A stretch of 62,978 nt of DNA, filler included, from Jimgerdemannia flammicorona (lineage: Eukaryota), in NCBI GenBank assembly GCA_003990765.1. It is 3 parts of 3 records of this genome, joined end to end, with 100 filler letters (N's around TTAATTAATTAA, not from the genome) between each part and the next. Parts side by side here need not be neighbours in the genome. Positions count along the whole stretch, not along the records: positions 1 to 20,930 come from RBNJ01001565.1; 2 more parts are not named here. One strand, given 5' to 3'. Shown in pieces: positions 1 to 14,288 of this stretch (position 1 is the first letter of the stretch; every line of letters begins with the position of its first letter). The translations under genes were made by a program, and so were the position numbers. The notes below the pieces were generated by a model that was not told where the DNA came from, did not search any database, and saw only the letters and a list, made by a program, of their open reading frames with translations.

Positions 1-250
1 TTTCTCGGGTTGGGTTAAAGACGGGTTACGTATAATTCCGGGTCGGGTTAAAGACGGGTGACGTACGTTTCCAGGTCGGGTTAAAGATGGGTGACGTATA
101 ATTCCGGGTCGGGTTAAAGACGGGTGATGTATTATTCCGGGTCGGGTTAAAGACGGGTGACGTATTATTCCGGGTCGGGTTAAAGACGGGTGACGTATAA
201 TTCCGGGTCGGGTTAAAGACGGGTGACGTATAATTCCGGGTCGGGTTAAA
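1..250. repeat. 33-bp tandem repeat (about 7 units, GACGGGTGACGTATAATTCCGGGTCGGGTTAAA)
   Basis: Near-identical adjacent units without spacers; explains the NPTRNYTSPVF periodicity of ORF 26..283. Confidence 0.95.
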
Positions 251-285
251 TATGTACACGGGTCGGCTCAGGTTGCGATGCACTA
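1..285. mobile_element. Probable terminus of a hAT-type DNA transposon with subterminal repeats
   Basis: Ends in ...GCGATGCACTA (TAGTGC on the minus strand, like other termini in the window), has AACCCGACCCG subterminal motifs, and abuts a Gypsy RT truncated mid-domain. Confidence 0.55.
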
Positions 286-590
286 GTTGCAGTCATGTAT
301 CTGGCTTTTTTGAGAGTATTGAGAAGATTATTAATTCTTGGTAGTAGGTAGGCATCTTCTGTAGTGATCTTGTTAAGTTTTCTGAAGTCTACAACCAGTC
401 TCCATCCTTCTTTCTTTGGTACTATAATTGCTGATAAAGTTCAGAGACTTGATGAGAGTCTGATAACTCTGTTTTGTAACATCTTGTCTATATGTTGTTA
501 TTCAAACTTAATCAGATAGTATAATATTCAGTAGGAGTATTATCAGATTGATTTAGTATCTTCTATATGTATTGCATATTCTCTGTACTA
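286..590 (-). pseudogene. Ty3/Gypsy reverse transcriptase N-terminal fragment
   Basis: Minus-strand translation AIIVPKKEGWRLVVDFRKLNKITTEDAYLLPRINNLL with stops; parallels the RT at 32915. Confidence 0.9.
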
Positions 591-2190
591 GAGTTCATCC
601 TGTAGACAGATGCAAATACTATAGGACTTGAAGTAGTGCTAGCTCAGAAGAAAGATGGACATGAATATGTCATCTCCTATACAAGCTAAGATATCTATAG
701 AGCAGAACAGAACTATGAGTCATACAAGCTTGAATACTTAGCAGTAGTCTGGACAGTAGATAAGTTCCACTACTATTTAGCTAAGAAATACTTTATTATT
801 TAAACAGACCACTCTACTCTCACCTGACTATTCCACACTTTGAACTCTAAAGGAATATATACTAGATAGATCTACAGACTATAAGAGTATGACTGTACTG
901 TCAAATACTACTCAGAAAGAATCAATGCCAATACTGATGCACTTCTAAGGACACTCTGAAATACTCCCATCAAGACTATTCAATATGAATAAGGAGTTAT
1001 ACTATAGATTAATTAGCTATCTTGAGTAGTAGAAGATACCCAACCACTTAAAACCCTGAACTATCACTATTATCAACCAGACTTGGAAACAATTTGAACT
1101 AGACAATATTATACTCAGAAAAGAAGAAAAGCTCATAATATCCAAATATAAGAAGTATCAAGTAATAAAGAAAGTACATGAACAAGAATACCTAGGAGAA
1201 ACCAATATATATAATAAGATAAGAAGAACAATGTAGTGGTCTAAGATGGAAGAAGACCTGTACTAATTTGTCAAAGAGTGTGATAAGTACCAAGAACAGA
1301 AATAAGATCAGTAAGATCAGACACTTGGATCATCAAGAATTAAATCTATCTTCTTCTACCATATTATAATAGATATCATTAGACTACTACCAGTAACTCA
1401 ATCAGGAAACTGCTACATTATAGTTATTGTAGACCTCTTTATTAAATGGATAGAAGCAGGAATATTACAAGAAACTAATGCTCTCTCTATTGCTGACTTT
1501 TTGTACTGAGAAATTATCTGCTGCTACAAGATATCAAGACAAATCACTACAGATTATAGCACAGAATTTGTCAACAGATTCTATGAGATAATATATCAGA
1601 AATATAAGATTCAATACATCAAGACTACTATATATCACCCTTAAGAAAATGGACAGACAAAAGAACCAACAAGACCCTTAAGAATATCTTGGCTAAGATC
1701 TTAGAAATATATGAGAATTGAGATAACTATCTCCCAACTATCCTCTCTGTCTTATGAGATATATGGTCACAGAGCACATACTTTATTCCAAAAGAACTGC
1801 TCTTCAGAGAAGAAGATTCTGATGAAACCATAGCTGTAAATCTAGACCTAACTTGGCAATAGATTGACTCAGAAATCCAGAGACTATATCAAATCAGAAA
1901 GAAGACAGAAGATTATATCATCAAGTTATAAGTAATGATAAGAAAAAATACAGAAAAGAATTATAAGATCCTAGAATCCATTCAAATTAGAGAAAAGGTT
2001 CTACTATATCAAAATATGGTAGAAGTCTCATAGTCACAAAAACTAGAGCCCAAATAGGAGGACTCTTCTATATACAAGATATCAAAAGAACTATCTTCTG
2101 ATTTATAAAACTCTCAGGGACCATACTGTCTACCATGGTATATAGGAACAGACTCAAGAAGTATCATGAACCCATACAAGAGAAGTAAAA
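591..2190 (+). pseudogene. Ty3/Gypsy family A RNase H and integrase, degenerate
   Basis: FIL*TDANTIGLEVVLAQ, TDHSTL, NANTDALLR; integrase CDK, IDIIRLLPVTQSGNCYIIVIVDLFIKWIEA, TDYSTEFVN, HRN-like YRNRLKKY; many stops. Confidence 0.9.
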
Positions 2191-2803
2191 CATGATGACT
2201 GCCTGTGAGATTCTAGTCTATGAATCATAACAGCATATCCCATAACTAGTAGGTAATCTGTCTGAACTATTCTCTAAGAAATATGGTATCAGCAACTACT
2301 AATCTGTGAGACTTTCAAAGCCAGAGAAGTTTGAACTGCCAACTGATTGGTCAAGATCAGAATCAGGCCCTTGCTCTATATAAAAGAAGTAATTCTTCAC
2401 TATCATACCAAAATATGTAAAGAAGATACCAGTCTATAAATACTGCTTTTTGACCCCCTGCCAGAGGTTATGAGATTAGTAAATTTTTCAGACTAGACTA
2501 ATAAATAAGAACATTCAAGAGAAGATTCTTATTTAGGAGGAAGATGTAACAGTGACCTCAGAATAGTGATATCATTACACAAGACAGTCTTTTCTTATAA
2601 GTTACCAGATTAGAGCATAAGAAGATTATATAGCATAACTCACTCAGGCTATAAGATGAGCAATGATGACCAACTATGAGTCATCATGACTATAAGATAG
2701 ACATCTTAAGAAATATAAAAGAGAAACTAAGGAACTACAGTAGCAGCAACTCAAACAAGACTCACAAAATTCTAAAATAGCTCAAAGACTTACTTTAAAC
2801 AAA

Positions 2804-3665
2804 ATGCCTACTACCTACCAAACCTCAAGGTCCAGAAACCACCAAGACCTCTCAGTCTAAGAAAGGATGTTCCAAGACATCAGAAGAGCCATAAGGACCC
2901 ACACTAGAAGGACTCCTATCCTCAATCTGGATACTAGTAATCCTTATCACTTTATCCTCTACTATGTACTATAAAATGGAAACAAGAATCACCATCACTA
3001 CTGAATGTCTCTGGATATAGCAGAAATACAAAATAGGAAACCTCTTCTGGTGGGAATTCTCTCAGGCCAGTCTCCAAGAGATACAAAATGCAACTCCCAT
3101 AAATATATGTGAAATGAGAACAGCCAAGAAGATTTATCAGATCTTCAGGCATACACTATGGTCAATCTCCAACTTAGAGTATACCAGAGTCTCAGACTTC
3201 AAGAAACTGTCAGCCTGCTATACAAATGCACTAGAGGCCATAGTGACCACAGAAGTCCAATCCACCATCACCCTCAATAGTGATAAGATAGAAGAGTTCT
3301 GAAATCTCATTCTCTAAGACAATCTAGATCAATTTCTACAAGGATTGATCTCAGTATTCTAAAGCTCCAGCATCCAGGTTAGACCTCTCCAAGACCTCAC
3401 ATTTGTCTCTTATTTTGTAGAAGTGAATGTCATAGATTGGAGAGCCCTGGATTTCCTTGCTCTCCCCACCATCAAACATGATAACATCACCAGTGATGAC
3501 ATCATTCTGCTAATTAGCGATATATATGAAGCATACGAAATATATGACATATGTGATATATACAAAATAGATGAAACATTCACTAACCTCATTTCCTTTG
3601 AGGATATCCCAATCTCTAGCAGTGACAAAGATGAAGCCTCCAGAGTTCTGAATATTCTGCTCTGA
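2804..3665 (+). pseudogene. Degenerate copy of the LTR-encoded ORF
   Basis: Colinear with 19849..20682 (RTAKKIYQIFRH, IDWRA, LNILL); stops and one frameshift. Confidence 0.88.
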
Positions 3666-3867
3666 GTTCTTTGTATAACTGTTATTCTTCTGATATTCTA
3701 ATCTTATATAACTCAGAAATTCTTCCAGCATCCTTTTCTTGTATAATTGAAATTATACTGATATCCTAAACTTATGCAACTATTTATACAGACACTCAAA
3801 TTTGTACTTATAACCAAAGTTTTCTGTATTTCAGTATCTTATTTATTTAGTTATGGAATTTATATAT

Positions 3868-5045
3868 ATTTTTTTTTAATAGACTCAAAGTTCCATGAAT
3901 TTTTATTGGAAGAGAATCTAGACAGTATAGACCAAAACCCTCCCCCACTATCCACCAAGTACTGCCTCCCTATTAACCTAGGCTAACTATTGTCCAGCAG
4001 CTTGACTATACCAGATGTAGTAGGGCCTATAGTGGCCTATATCTCATTCTGCATACCATGCTCTCCCTACTACCAAGGGGAACTCAGCCATATACTAACA
4101 ACCAAAAGCATATATCTGAAATCTCAACATATATACAAGACCATGCTTGAGCCAAATAGATTAGCCTCTGCCACTCTAAGGAGAATGATAGGTAAAGAAA
4201 AAACTCTCATCAAAGTACATCATAGTAGATAGGACCTAGTTCTCTTAGATAAGATGAGTAAAGAACTTATATATGAGGTGGGAGGAGACCTCAATACCCT
4301 ACTACTCAAGTCTGTAGGCCTCAATTACATTGCTATATCAGCTCTCAATTTTAGTTGAGTGTAGCTAAGATGTCTGAAATAGGTAGCCTTGGACCCTCTG
4401 ATCTCTTTCAACAACTAGGGCCCAACTCTACATATTACCAAAAGAAGCCAAGAGTGATATCTACTATCTAACCACTCTATACTAATCAAAAGGCCCCACC
4501 AAAGCAGTATCTGCCCTAGCCCCAATGACTGTCCCCAATCTGGTACCCTACTGGTTCACTATTATTATCCATCCTCCTATCTATAATGGTTATCTCCTCT
4601 CCCATCCTGACAATACTCAAAAAACAGTCACCTATACTAGAACTATACTCATTGATAAGTTTGTCAAAGCCAGAGGACCCCACTATAGATACTGAGAACC
4701 TATAGGTAATCTATACTGGGTACTTGACATCTAAGGTCAGCTGACTCTCTACATAACCTATAATATACTAAGACAATACCTTATTGGTGATGACAAAAGG
4801 AAAAAGGTACTGCACTAAAATAAATATACCCCAGATATAGCTAAAGGTACTAGAAACTGCAAAAAAGTAGAGAAGACACTGATCAGATACTGATAAAAGG
4901 GTAACTTATCACTATTGTCTCCCTCCTACTACCCTGCAATAGATACAGCAAACCAACCTGAGGTAGAGGAGATAATAATTGTGGAAAGTAGACTCAGAAG
5001 GTTGTCTACCAAATCACTGTTACTAGTAAGATAGTAGAGAAAAGA
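3868..5045 (-). mobile_element. 1.2-kb poly(A) non-autonomous retroposon, copy 1
   Basis: Poly(T) at left end; reverse complement of 21330-22533 and 57674-58886; flanked by a TTTATATAT-like duplication within the LTR. Confidence 0.85.
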
Positions 5046-5344
5046 TTTTATATATTTAGCTTTATATCTTAGCAATTATTGAATTATATTTTATATAAAT
5101 ACCTCTCTCATTTTCTTTGAAATAAAGTCATTTCCCTCAGTTTACTTACCTCAATCCATATAAGCAATCTAAGAGATAATAAGATAGTTTAAAAAAAAAG
5201 AAGTTTGAGAACTATAAGATCTTAAGAAGGCACTCTAATAAGAACTTGCTTATAATATAGTTGTAGTTAGTCTAAGAGATATACCTTGAAGAGAATCTGA
5301 TATATTTGAAGCACTCAGTACTCATTATATAACAATATATAGCA

Positions 5345-6900
5345 ATGACTAGTGAGCTAGCAAACTATGATGAAGTCATTTACTCAGATAATAAGAAAGA
5401 GTAAAAAAAGGCTATAGATGAGGAGTATAGTTCATTCATCAAAAATAATATATGAGATTTAATCTCTCTTTTGACAAATCAATAAGTAATAAGATTCTGC
5501 TAGATCTATAAAATTAAATATAATAGTAAGGACAGTATAGAGTAGTATAAAACTCAATTTTTAGCAAAGAAGTATTTATAAGGATATAATATAGATTATG
5601 ATAAGACCTTTTTTCCAGTATTCAAGCTTACTTCACTTTAAATACTTCTTGTGATTAGAGTCAAATATAACTATAAAATTCACTAAATAGATATCAAGAT
5701 AGTATTTCTGAATAGAAATGTAAATACTAAACTATATATTTATCAACTATAAGAATATAAACTATATAATAATGAGCAAAAAGAGCTTATATATAAATTA
5801 TATAAAGGTCTCTATAGTATCAAATAAGTAGTAAGCTGTAGAATAAAAAAATTGATAAATATCTCTTAGATAATAGATTTAAGCATTGTAAAGCTAATAT
5901 ATATATATATATCTAATATATATTCTCAAGAATAGTATATCTAGGAATTTGGGTGAATTATATTATTCTGGTCAGGATGGCAGATAAGATTAATAATATA
6001 GAGATAATATTATATCAGAAATTCAAGATAACAGATATGGGTAATACATTCTAACTTCTAGAAATATATAAACTATATATCTGAGCTAAGAAACCTATAT
6101 TCAGACTATATTTAAACAATTTAATATGAGTGAATATAAACTAGTTAGAACCTCTATAGAGATATCTGTGAGGCTAAAGAAGTCCAGTAATACTATATCC
6201 AAAACTATATCTAATACTAATAATATTCTCTATCAGTAAGTAGTAAGATCTCTCATATATCTTATACTTGAGATGAGGCCTGATATATTATATATAATTA
6301 ACAAAGTAGTATAATACTCATTCTGCTATGATAATATATATTGAATATTAATTAAGTATATTTTCCAATATATTTTAAAGATATAGTATACTATATACTC
6401 AGTTTGAATAATGATAATAAGAGATAAAACAAGAGTACTATAAGGTTATCTGATATATATAATGCTTATTAGATCAGTAATTTAGATGATAGATAGTTTA
6501 TGACTGAATATCTCTTTAAAATTAGCAAAGAAGTCATTTTATAGCAAATATATAAGTAATTTTCAGTGGTAATATCATCTATATAAGTAGAGTACCAAGT
6601 ATTATCTATGGTAATAAAGAAAGCTATATAGCTTTATGAACTTCTAAAAGATTTAGAATATAATCAACAGTACTCTATGCTACTCTAGTAAGATAACTAG
6701 TCTATAATTACTCTAGTAAAGAACTCTATACATTATATTAGAATGAAGCAAATCAATATACAGTATTATTTCATATATAAATATGTGGAAAACAATACTA
6801 TATATCTAGAATATACTCTGATAGAGTATATGATAGCAGATTTATTGACTAAAGTTCTTCTAAAGGCAAAGTTTAACTTATATATATAATAGAAAATTCT
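5345..6900 (+). pseudogene. Ty1/copia RT-RNase H remnant
   Basis: KKAIDEEYSSFIKNN, IYKIKYN, IDYDKTFFPV, IDIKIVFLN, KGLYSIK, RPDILY, RMKQINIQYYF, IADLLTK. Confidence 0.9.
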
Positions 6901-7038
6901 ATACTAGTAAGTGGTAAACAATAGAAATAATAATAATACTGTAATGATAGAAAGTATTTTAGAGTACTAATAAGCCTCTTTAATATTACTTACATTCTTT
7001 TATTTATAAATAGATCTCTATTTCTGATTTCTACCTAT

Positions 7039-9351
7039 TGTGATATATGGTATGAAATTGAAATAGGGAATAGATACTTGATTGCACCCATTTCCAAAGT
7101 AGTATAGTTTTATAGTTAGCAGTTGCCGATTTTGACATTGTCTAAATTTCTAGACATTGTCCAAATCCAATGTCCTGATTTAGTATAGCATTTCAACATT
7201 GTCTAAGTTTCTAGACATTGTCTAAATGACTCATAACTTAGCCACATAACTCAGTAGCCATCTCATAACTAGCAAAACTTATATAAATAACCCAGTATCT
7301 TTGAGTAAATAAACCTCAGATCGAAAGTGTTAAAAAAAGAACAAGTATACCAATAAAGGGACTTTCGGGATTACCTCTTTAAACATATTTGGCCTCAAGA
7401 AACTACTGACTCTGAGAGTCAAGAAGATAAGAATTCAAGATAAAGAAATCTGACATACTTGCTCATCTTAGCATCTGCTACATTACAACTTGGTGCCCAT
7501 TGACTGGTGATTCAAGATGAATCCCTCACTTTTAAGCTGAAAAACGAATAACTGCCAGACTGCCAGACCACCGGACTGCCATACAGACCATCATATTGCA
7601 CATGGTGTTTGTCTGTGCCATCTGCTGTTAATTGGTTGTTCTGGTTGTCAGCCTCGTTTCTGTGAACCATCATCGGTATTGAACAATAGACACTCTGTAA
7701 AGGACTGCATCATTGAGTTAATAGCTGGGTCACTCTTTAGTTCGAGGGATAATGTTACAAGAATTAATTGCTGAAATGCTGAACAAACTGCCATATGAAT
7801 AGACTGCCATAGAGAATTAAAAGATATTGTATATGAACCACCCGACATAAGAATGCCGCCCGACTTTGGATGACATATGAATGGAATGGACCACCCTGAA
7901 GAATTAAAAAGACATTATATACGAACTGCCCAAATAAAGAATGCCACCCAAGTGAAAAATCCCACCCGACTTTTGAAGATACGAATGCTGCCCATTATGC
8001 ATTGTATTTGTCTCTGTGCCATCTGCTGTTAATTGGTTGTTCTGGTTGTCAGCTTCGTTTCTGTGAACTGTCATTGGTATTGAACAATAGATGCTCTGCA
8101 AAGGACTGCATCATTGAGTTAATAGCTGGGTCACTCCTTAGTTCGAGGGACAACATTACAAGAATTAATTGCCAAAATGCTGAACAAACTGCCATGTAAA
8201 GGACCACCATGGAGAATTAAAAGACATCATATATGAACCACCCAAGACAACATATGAATGGACCACCCTGAAGAATGGAGAAGTCATTATATATGAACCG
8301 CCTGAGTGAAGAATATCACCTGAATGGACTGCCATGAAGAATTAAAAGACATCATATATAAACCGCCTGAGTGAAGAATACCACCCGAATGGACTACCAC
8401 AAAGAATTAAAAGATGTCATATACAAACCACCCAAGTGAAGAATGCTATCTGACTTTTGAAAAATACTATCGTCCAACTTTTGATGACATACAAATGCCT
8501 GAACTGACCCAGAGAATTAAAAGACGTTGTATACAAACTGCTTGAGAGAAGATGCCATCTGACTTTTGATGACATATGAATGCCTCCTGACATACGAACA
8601 CCACCCAATTTTTGAAGATGCCATCCAACTTTTGACGATATATGAATGCCTCCTGACATACAAACACCACCCAATTTTTGAAGATGCCATCACCCAACTT
8701 TTGAATACATCATTGGACTTTTGATGATATCCTGAATTAATTATTTGAAGACTTTTTTTTAAGACCTCAAAAAACATTCTGACAACCACTTGGATACAAT
8801 ATTATAAACAAGTCCATATAGGGGGAACAAATGTATAAACATTGCAATGTAAGAATTTGAATAGGTATTTTTGTATCAAAAATAACCTATTCAGGGGGAA
8901 GATGTAACATATGGTATGAAATTGAAATAGGGAATAGACACTTGATCGCACCTATTCCCAAAGTAGTATAGTTTTATAGTTAGCAGTCACCGATTTCAAC
9001 ATTGTCTAAATTTCTAGATATTGTCCAAATCGAATGTCCTGATTTAGTATAGCATTTTGACATTGTCTAAGTTTCTAGACATTGTCTAAATGACTCATAA
9101 CTCAGCTGCATAACTCAGTAGCCATCTCATAGCTAGCAAAACTTGTATAAATAACCCAGTATCTTTGAGTGAATAAACCTCAGATCGAAAGTATTAGAAA
9201 AAGAACAAGTATACTGATAAAGGGACTTTTGGGATTACCTCTTTAAATACATTTGGCCTTAAGGAACTACTGACTCTGGGAGTCAAGAAGACAAGAATTC
9301 AAGATAAAGAAATCTGATGTACTTGCTCATCTTAGCATCCACTACATTACA
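7039..9351 (+). mobile_element. Non-autonomous LTR element (TRIM/LARD-like) 1; LTRs 7039-7487 and 8903-9351
   Basis: 449-bp TG...CA direct repeats, PBS TGGTGCCC after the 5' LTR, PPT AGGGGGAAGA, TSD CTAT on both sides, repetitive interior with no recognisable coding domains. Confidence 0.92.
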
Positions 9352-9998
9352 CTATACTCATCTAGCTATAGATAATCTTTTACTATATTCTTTATCTATT
9401 TTCTAGCTTATAAGTAGAGATTTTGAGTACTTTTAGATTTCAAGATAGTAGTATGAATATTATTACTTAATTTCAGTAGTTTTTATATAGTCTTTACAGT
9501 TTGCAGTTTGCAGTTCTTTTATTTATATATTCTGAAACATATATCTCATTAAGTAGAAGTGTTAAAATTTCTTAGTTAAATAGCAACTTAATATATAGTG
9601 ATATAGCCTAACTATATCATTATATAAATATCATCAATCTTGATATATAAAAGTACAACTTTCTCAATTAATAAACAATTACCTCTTGCTTGGGTTATTC
9701 TCTCTAACTCTATAATAATAGTGAAAAACTTCACTATTATATTAATAAAATTTATAAAAATTCAAATATTAGATGGAAGAGAAAAGAGAATATAATAAGT
9801 AAGGAGGGGGAGTTTGAACAGGAATTAGATATACAGAAATATTGATAAAGAGTGGGTTTCTCAATTTTTCCAAATTTCTCACACTTAACAAATTTTTAGA
9901 GAAATTAATCAATTTTATTAAAAATATCTAGAGATGTATAGAATACTATATCTCAATCAGAATTTCAGAAGTAAAGTAAAAAACCAAGTTATACATAA

Positions 9999-11507
9999 TG
10001 TCACATAGTGGTCACTGAGTTCTTCAAATATGCCAGATTCTCTTCAAGATATATCTCTTAGACTAACTCAAGTTTGTTATAAGTAAGTTCTTATTGGAGT
10101 GCCTTCTCAAGGTCTTATAGTCCTCAAACTTCTTATCTTTAACTGTCTTATTATCTCTTAGATTGCTTGCAAGGAAGTATATATTGCACTGAGTTAACTG
10201 ACTTTATTTCAGAGGAAATAAGAGGGGTATTTATACAAAATATAATTCAATGGTTGCTAAGATATAAAGCTAAATATAAATTCCAATAACTAAAACTACT
10301 AAGTTCTAGGGTTGGTACTGATGGTTGTACAGGTTCAGAATGCTGGTATAATTCAGTATCATATCAAAATATCAGTACTAGAACAATTTCGCATCACCTC
10401 AGAATGCCAGTACTGGAATTATCCAGTGTTATGTCAAAATACTGGTGCTGGCATTATTCAGTGTAACAAAGAACTTAGAGCAGAAAGTTCAGGACCATGG
10501 GGCTTCATTATCATCATCATCATTATTACTAAAGGAGATGAGATCCATGAATTCATCATGTAGGTCATGCAGGATGACATCATTACTGATGATGTCATCA
10601 CATTTGGTAGCAGGGAGGAGGTCTGGAGCTCTCCAGTCTATGAGGTTCTCTTCTACAAAATAAGGGACAAATGTGGGGTCTTGGGGAGGTCTAACCTGGA
10701 TGCTTGGGCCTTGGAATACTGAGATCAATCTTTGCAGGAATTGGTCTGGGTTGTCCTGAAAGATGGGATGCCAGAAGTCTTCTACTTAATCACTGTTGAG
10801 GGTGATAGTAGACTGAGCTTCTGTGGCCACCCTGGCTTCTAGTACATTGATATAGTGGGATGATAGATATCTGAAGTCTGAGACTCTAACATACTCCAAG
10901 TTGGGGATTGACCATAGTATATGCCTGAAGATCTGATGGATCTTCTTGGCCATTCTTGTCTCACGTATATCTATAGGAGTGGCATCTTGTAGCTCTTGAG
11001 GGCTGGCCTGTGGGAACTCCTGGCAGAGGAAGTTTCCTATTTCATACTCCTGCTATATTTGGAGATATTCAATAGCAATAGTGATCCTTGTTTCCATTTC
11101 ATAGCAGTAGAGGATAAAGTGATAGGGGTCTGCAGTATCCAGGTTGATACTAGAAGTCCTTCTTGAGTAAGTCCTTATGGCTCTTCTGATGTCTTGGAAT
11201 ATCCTTTCTTTGACTGAGATACCTTGGTGGTTCCTTGACCTTGAGGTTTGGTAGGCAGCAGACATTTCATTTGTAGTAAGTCTTTGAGCTAATTTGGGAT
11301 TGATGGTTCTTGTTGGTTGCTACTACTGCAGTTCCTTGATCCTTCTTTTATATTCTTCAAGATGCTTGTACTGTGGTCACAATAACTCACAGTTGATCAT
11401 CATTGCTCATCTCATATGCTGTATAATCTTCTTATGTTCTGATCTGGTGGCTTGTAAGAAAAGGCTGTCTTCTGTGCTGATGTCATCATTCTGGGGTCAC
11501 TGTTACA
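9999..11507 (-). mobile_element. Family A solo LTR with degenerate ORF (10475-11265)
   Basis: TGTAAC...TGTGACA on the minus strand; 4-bp TSD ATAA at 9995-9998 and 11508-11511. Confidence 0.92.
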
Positions 11508-11661
11508 ATAAATATGATATAGTCTATATAATAAAGGTGGCTATGATCTGGAGATCTTTGAGCAGATTGCTGAAATAAACAGCAGACCAGCTTAGTGGTG
11601 CTCTCAGTATAGCTATATATATATTCTTAATACAATTTAGTATACTATATAAGGTAAGTAC

Positions 11662-14064
11662 TATAATATATAATATGAAATAGAAATAGAAAATAGATAT
11701 TTGATTATGATATCTGAATCTAGTTTTCTGATTATTATAGTATAGAAATTACCTTTATTGCAGATATTATATCTAAAACATTATCAGTGAAACTGTGGTT
11801 ACTTTTATGAACTTCAGATAGGATTTTACATGAGATTCTATCAGAGATATAGATAGAATTCTATTTAGAATTTTATATAAAATAACTTATTACTTAGCCT
11901 CATATTTAGTAGCAGAATTAGCATATAAATCTGTATAAATAACTCAGTATTTTAGAGTGAATAAGTTTAGCTCAGTTAAAAAAGTCTTTTTTACATATTC
12001 TTCTCCCCTCTTTTATATAAATTTTGGAATCTACTATACTTCTGAGATTATATGTCTACTATATTACAACTTGATACCAATTGGCTGATAATTTAAGTTA
12101 AGATATGTAAATCCCTTACTTTCAAGCTAAACAATGAACAACTGATATGAATTTCATTTATCATATATAATATTCATCTCTGCACCATCTACTGTTAATT
12201 AGTTGTTCTGGTTGTTGGCCTTATTTCTGTAAACTATTAGTATTGAACAATAGATACTCTACAAAGGACTATATCATTGAATTAATAGTCAAGTCACTTC
12301 TTAGTTCAAGAGACAATATTATAATAAAAAATGCTAAATGATCCACTATGTCAAACAGACTGCTATATAGACTACCACTCAAAGAAAACAATATAGACTG
12401 CTGTATGAACTATTGCTATCTAATTTTGAAGAAGACAAATAGACTACTATATAGACTATCATCTGATTTTTGAAGATATTGTTTACCTCTATACCATCTG
12501 CTATTAATTGGTTGTTAGCCTCATTTCTGTAAACCATTAGTATTGAATAATAGACACTCTGTAAAGGACTGTATCATTGAGTTAATAGCTCAGTCACTCC
12601 TTAGTTTGAGAGATAATGTTATAAGAATTAATTGCTGAAAAATACTGAACAAACCACTATATCAAACAAGACCACTATATGGACCATAATCTGATTTTTG
12701 AAAATATTGTTTATCTCTATACTATCTGCTGTTAATTAGTTATTCTAGATATTAGCCTCATTTCTGTAAATCATTAGTATTGAACAATAGATACTTTGTA
12801 AAGGACTGTATCATTGAGTTAATAACCAGATTGCTCCTTAGTTTGAGAGACAACATTATAAGAATTAATTGCCAAATATACTAAATGAACCACTATATCA
12901 AATGGACCACTATATAGACCACCACTCAAAGAAAACAACATATGGACTACTGTATAGATCATTGCAATATAATTTTGAAAAAGATAAACAAACTGCTATA
13001 TAGATGGACTATTATAGAAAATTAAAAGATGTCATATATAAATTGCCCAAGATAACATATAATGAACTATTATAGAGAATTAAAAATATCATATATGAAT
13101 CACTCAAGATGATGTATAAATAGACCATTATGAAGAATAAAAGATACCATTGTCTAACTTTGATAATATACAAACTATTATTTAAGTTAATTATTTGAAG
13201 AAAGCTACCTATTATATACCAAACTGCTCTACTTTTGATTACAGAATTAAAAGACATTATATATGAACTGTCTGAGTTAATTATTTGAAAAATACTGTCC
13301 AAATTTTGAAGATACAAACACTATCTGTCATATGATTTACTACTTCAAAGTCTGCACTTGATAAGTCTGAAAGCTATCTTATGATATATAATTTACTATT
13401 ATCTAACTTTTGGAAGAAGCTGTTACTGAAGATATAAACTATCATTATCTGACTTTTGACAATATATGTACTATTATCTAAATTAATTATTTGAAGACTT
13501 TATTGGGACCTTGAAAAATATTCTAATAATTACTTAGATATAATATTACAAATAAGTCATACATAGGGGAAACAAACATATAAACATTGTAATATAGAAA
13601 TTTAAATAGGTATTTTTGTATCAAAAATAGCCTATTTAGAGTGAAGATATGATATATAGTATAAAATAGAAATAGGAAATAGATATTTGATCATAGTACC
13701 TAAATCTGATTTCCTGATTTTTATAGTGTAGAAATTACCTTTACTATAGATATTATATCTTAAACATTATCAGTGAAACTGTTGTTACTTTCACAAACTT
13801 CAGATAGGATTTCATATAAGATTCTATCTGAAATATGGATAAAATTCTACTTGGAATTTCATATAAAATAACTTATTACTTAGTCTCATATTTAGTAGTA
13901 GAATTAATATATAAATATATATAAATAACTCAGTATTTTAGAGTGAATAAACCTCAGTCAGTTCAGCTTAGTCAAAAAAAGTCTTCTTTATATATCTTTC
14001 TCCCCCCTTCATATAAAATCCAGAATCTTACCAACTTACTAAGACTTATATCCACTATATTACA
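11662..14064 (+). mobile_element. Non-autonomous LTR element 2; LTRs 11662-12068 and 13648-14064
   Basis: About 410-bp direct repeats ending ATTACA, decayed PBS and PPT, TSD GTAC, interior homologous to 7488-8902. Confidence 0.88.
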
Positions 14065-14288
14065 GTACTTGACTATTTATATAATAGAGAGAGGATTACT
14101 TATGGAATAAAAGAATTGACTAAATGCTAATCTGTTTTGGCAGATATCTAAACCAGGGCTCTCAGGGCTTGATGAAGAGTAAGCTTCTCTAGCACTATCT
14201 AGTAGTATAAGATTCTGAGCCAAGAGTTCATATAACTATATATCTATATTATATTAGAATATATAAGATATAATATTTCTCTATCTAT

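Larger units (their letters stand above)
2545..5334 (+). mobile_element. Family A 3' LTR (about 1.6 kb, interrupted by a retroposon at 3868-5045)
   Basis: Starts TGTAAC directly after polypurine tract AGGAGGAAGA; homologous to 9999-11507, 14289-15842 and 19607-20930; ends in decayed TATAACA. Confidence 0.88.

Noticed and set aside
1..250. CRISPR array or telomere
   Set aside because: Units are contiguous with no unique spacers, and the unit is not a short telomeric repeat despite GGGTTA-like motifs
2192..2530. Additional ORF between family A integrase and PPT
   Set aside because: ATG present but too decayed to reconstruct or assign
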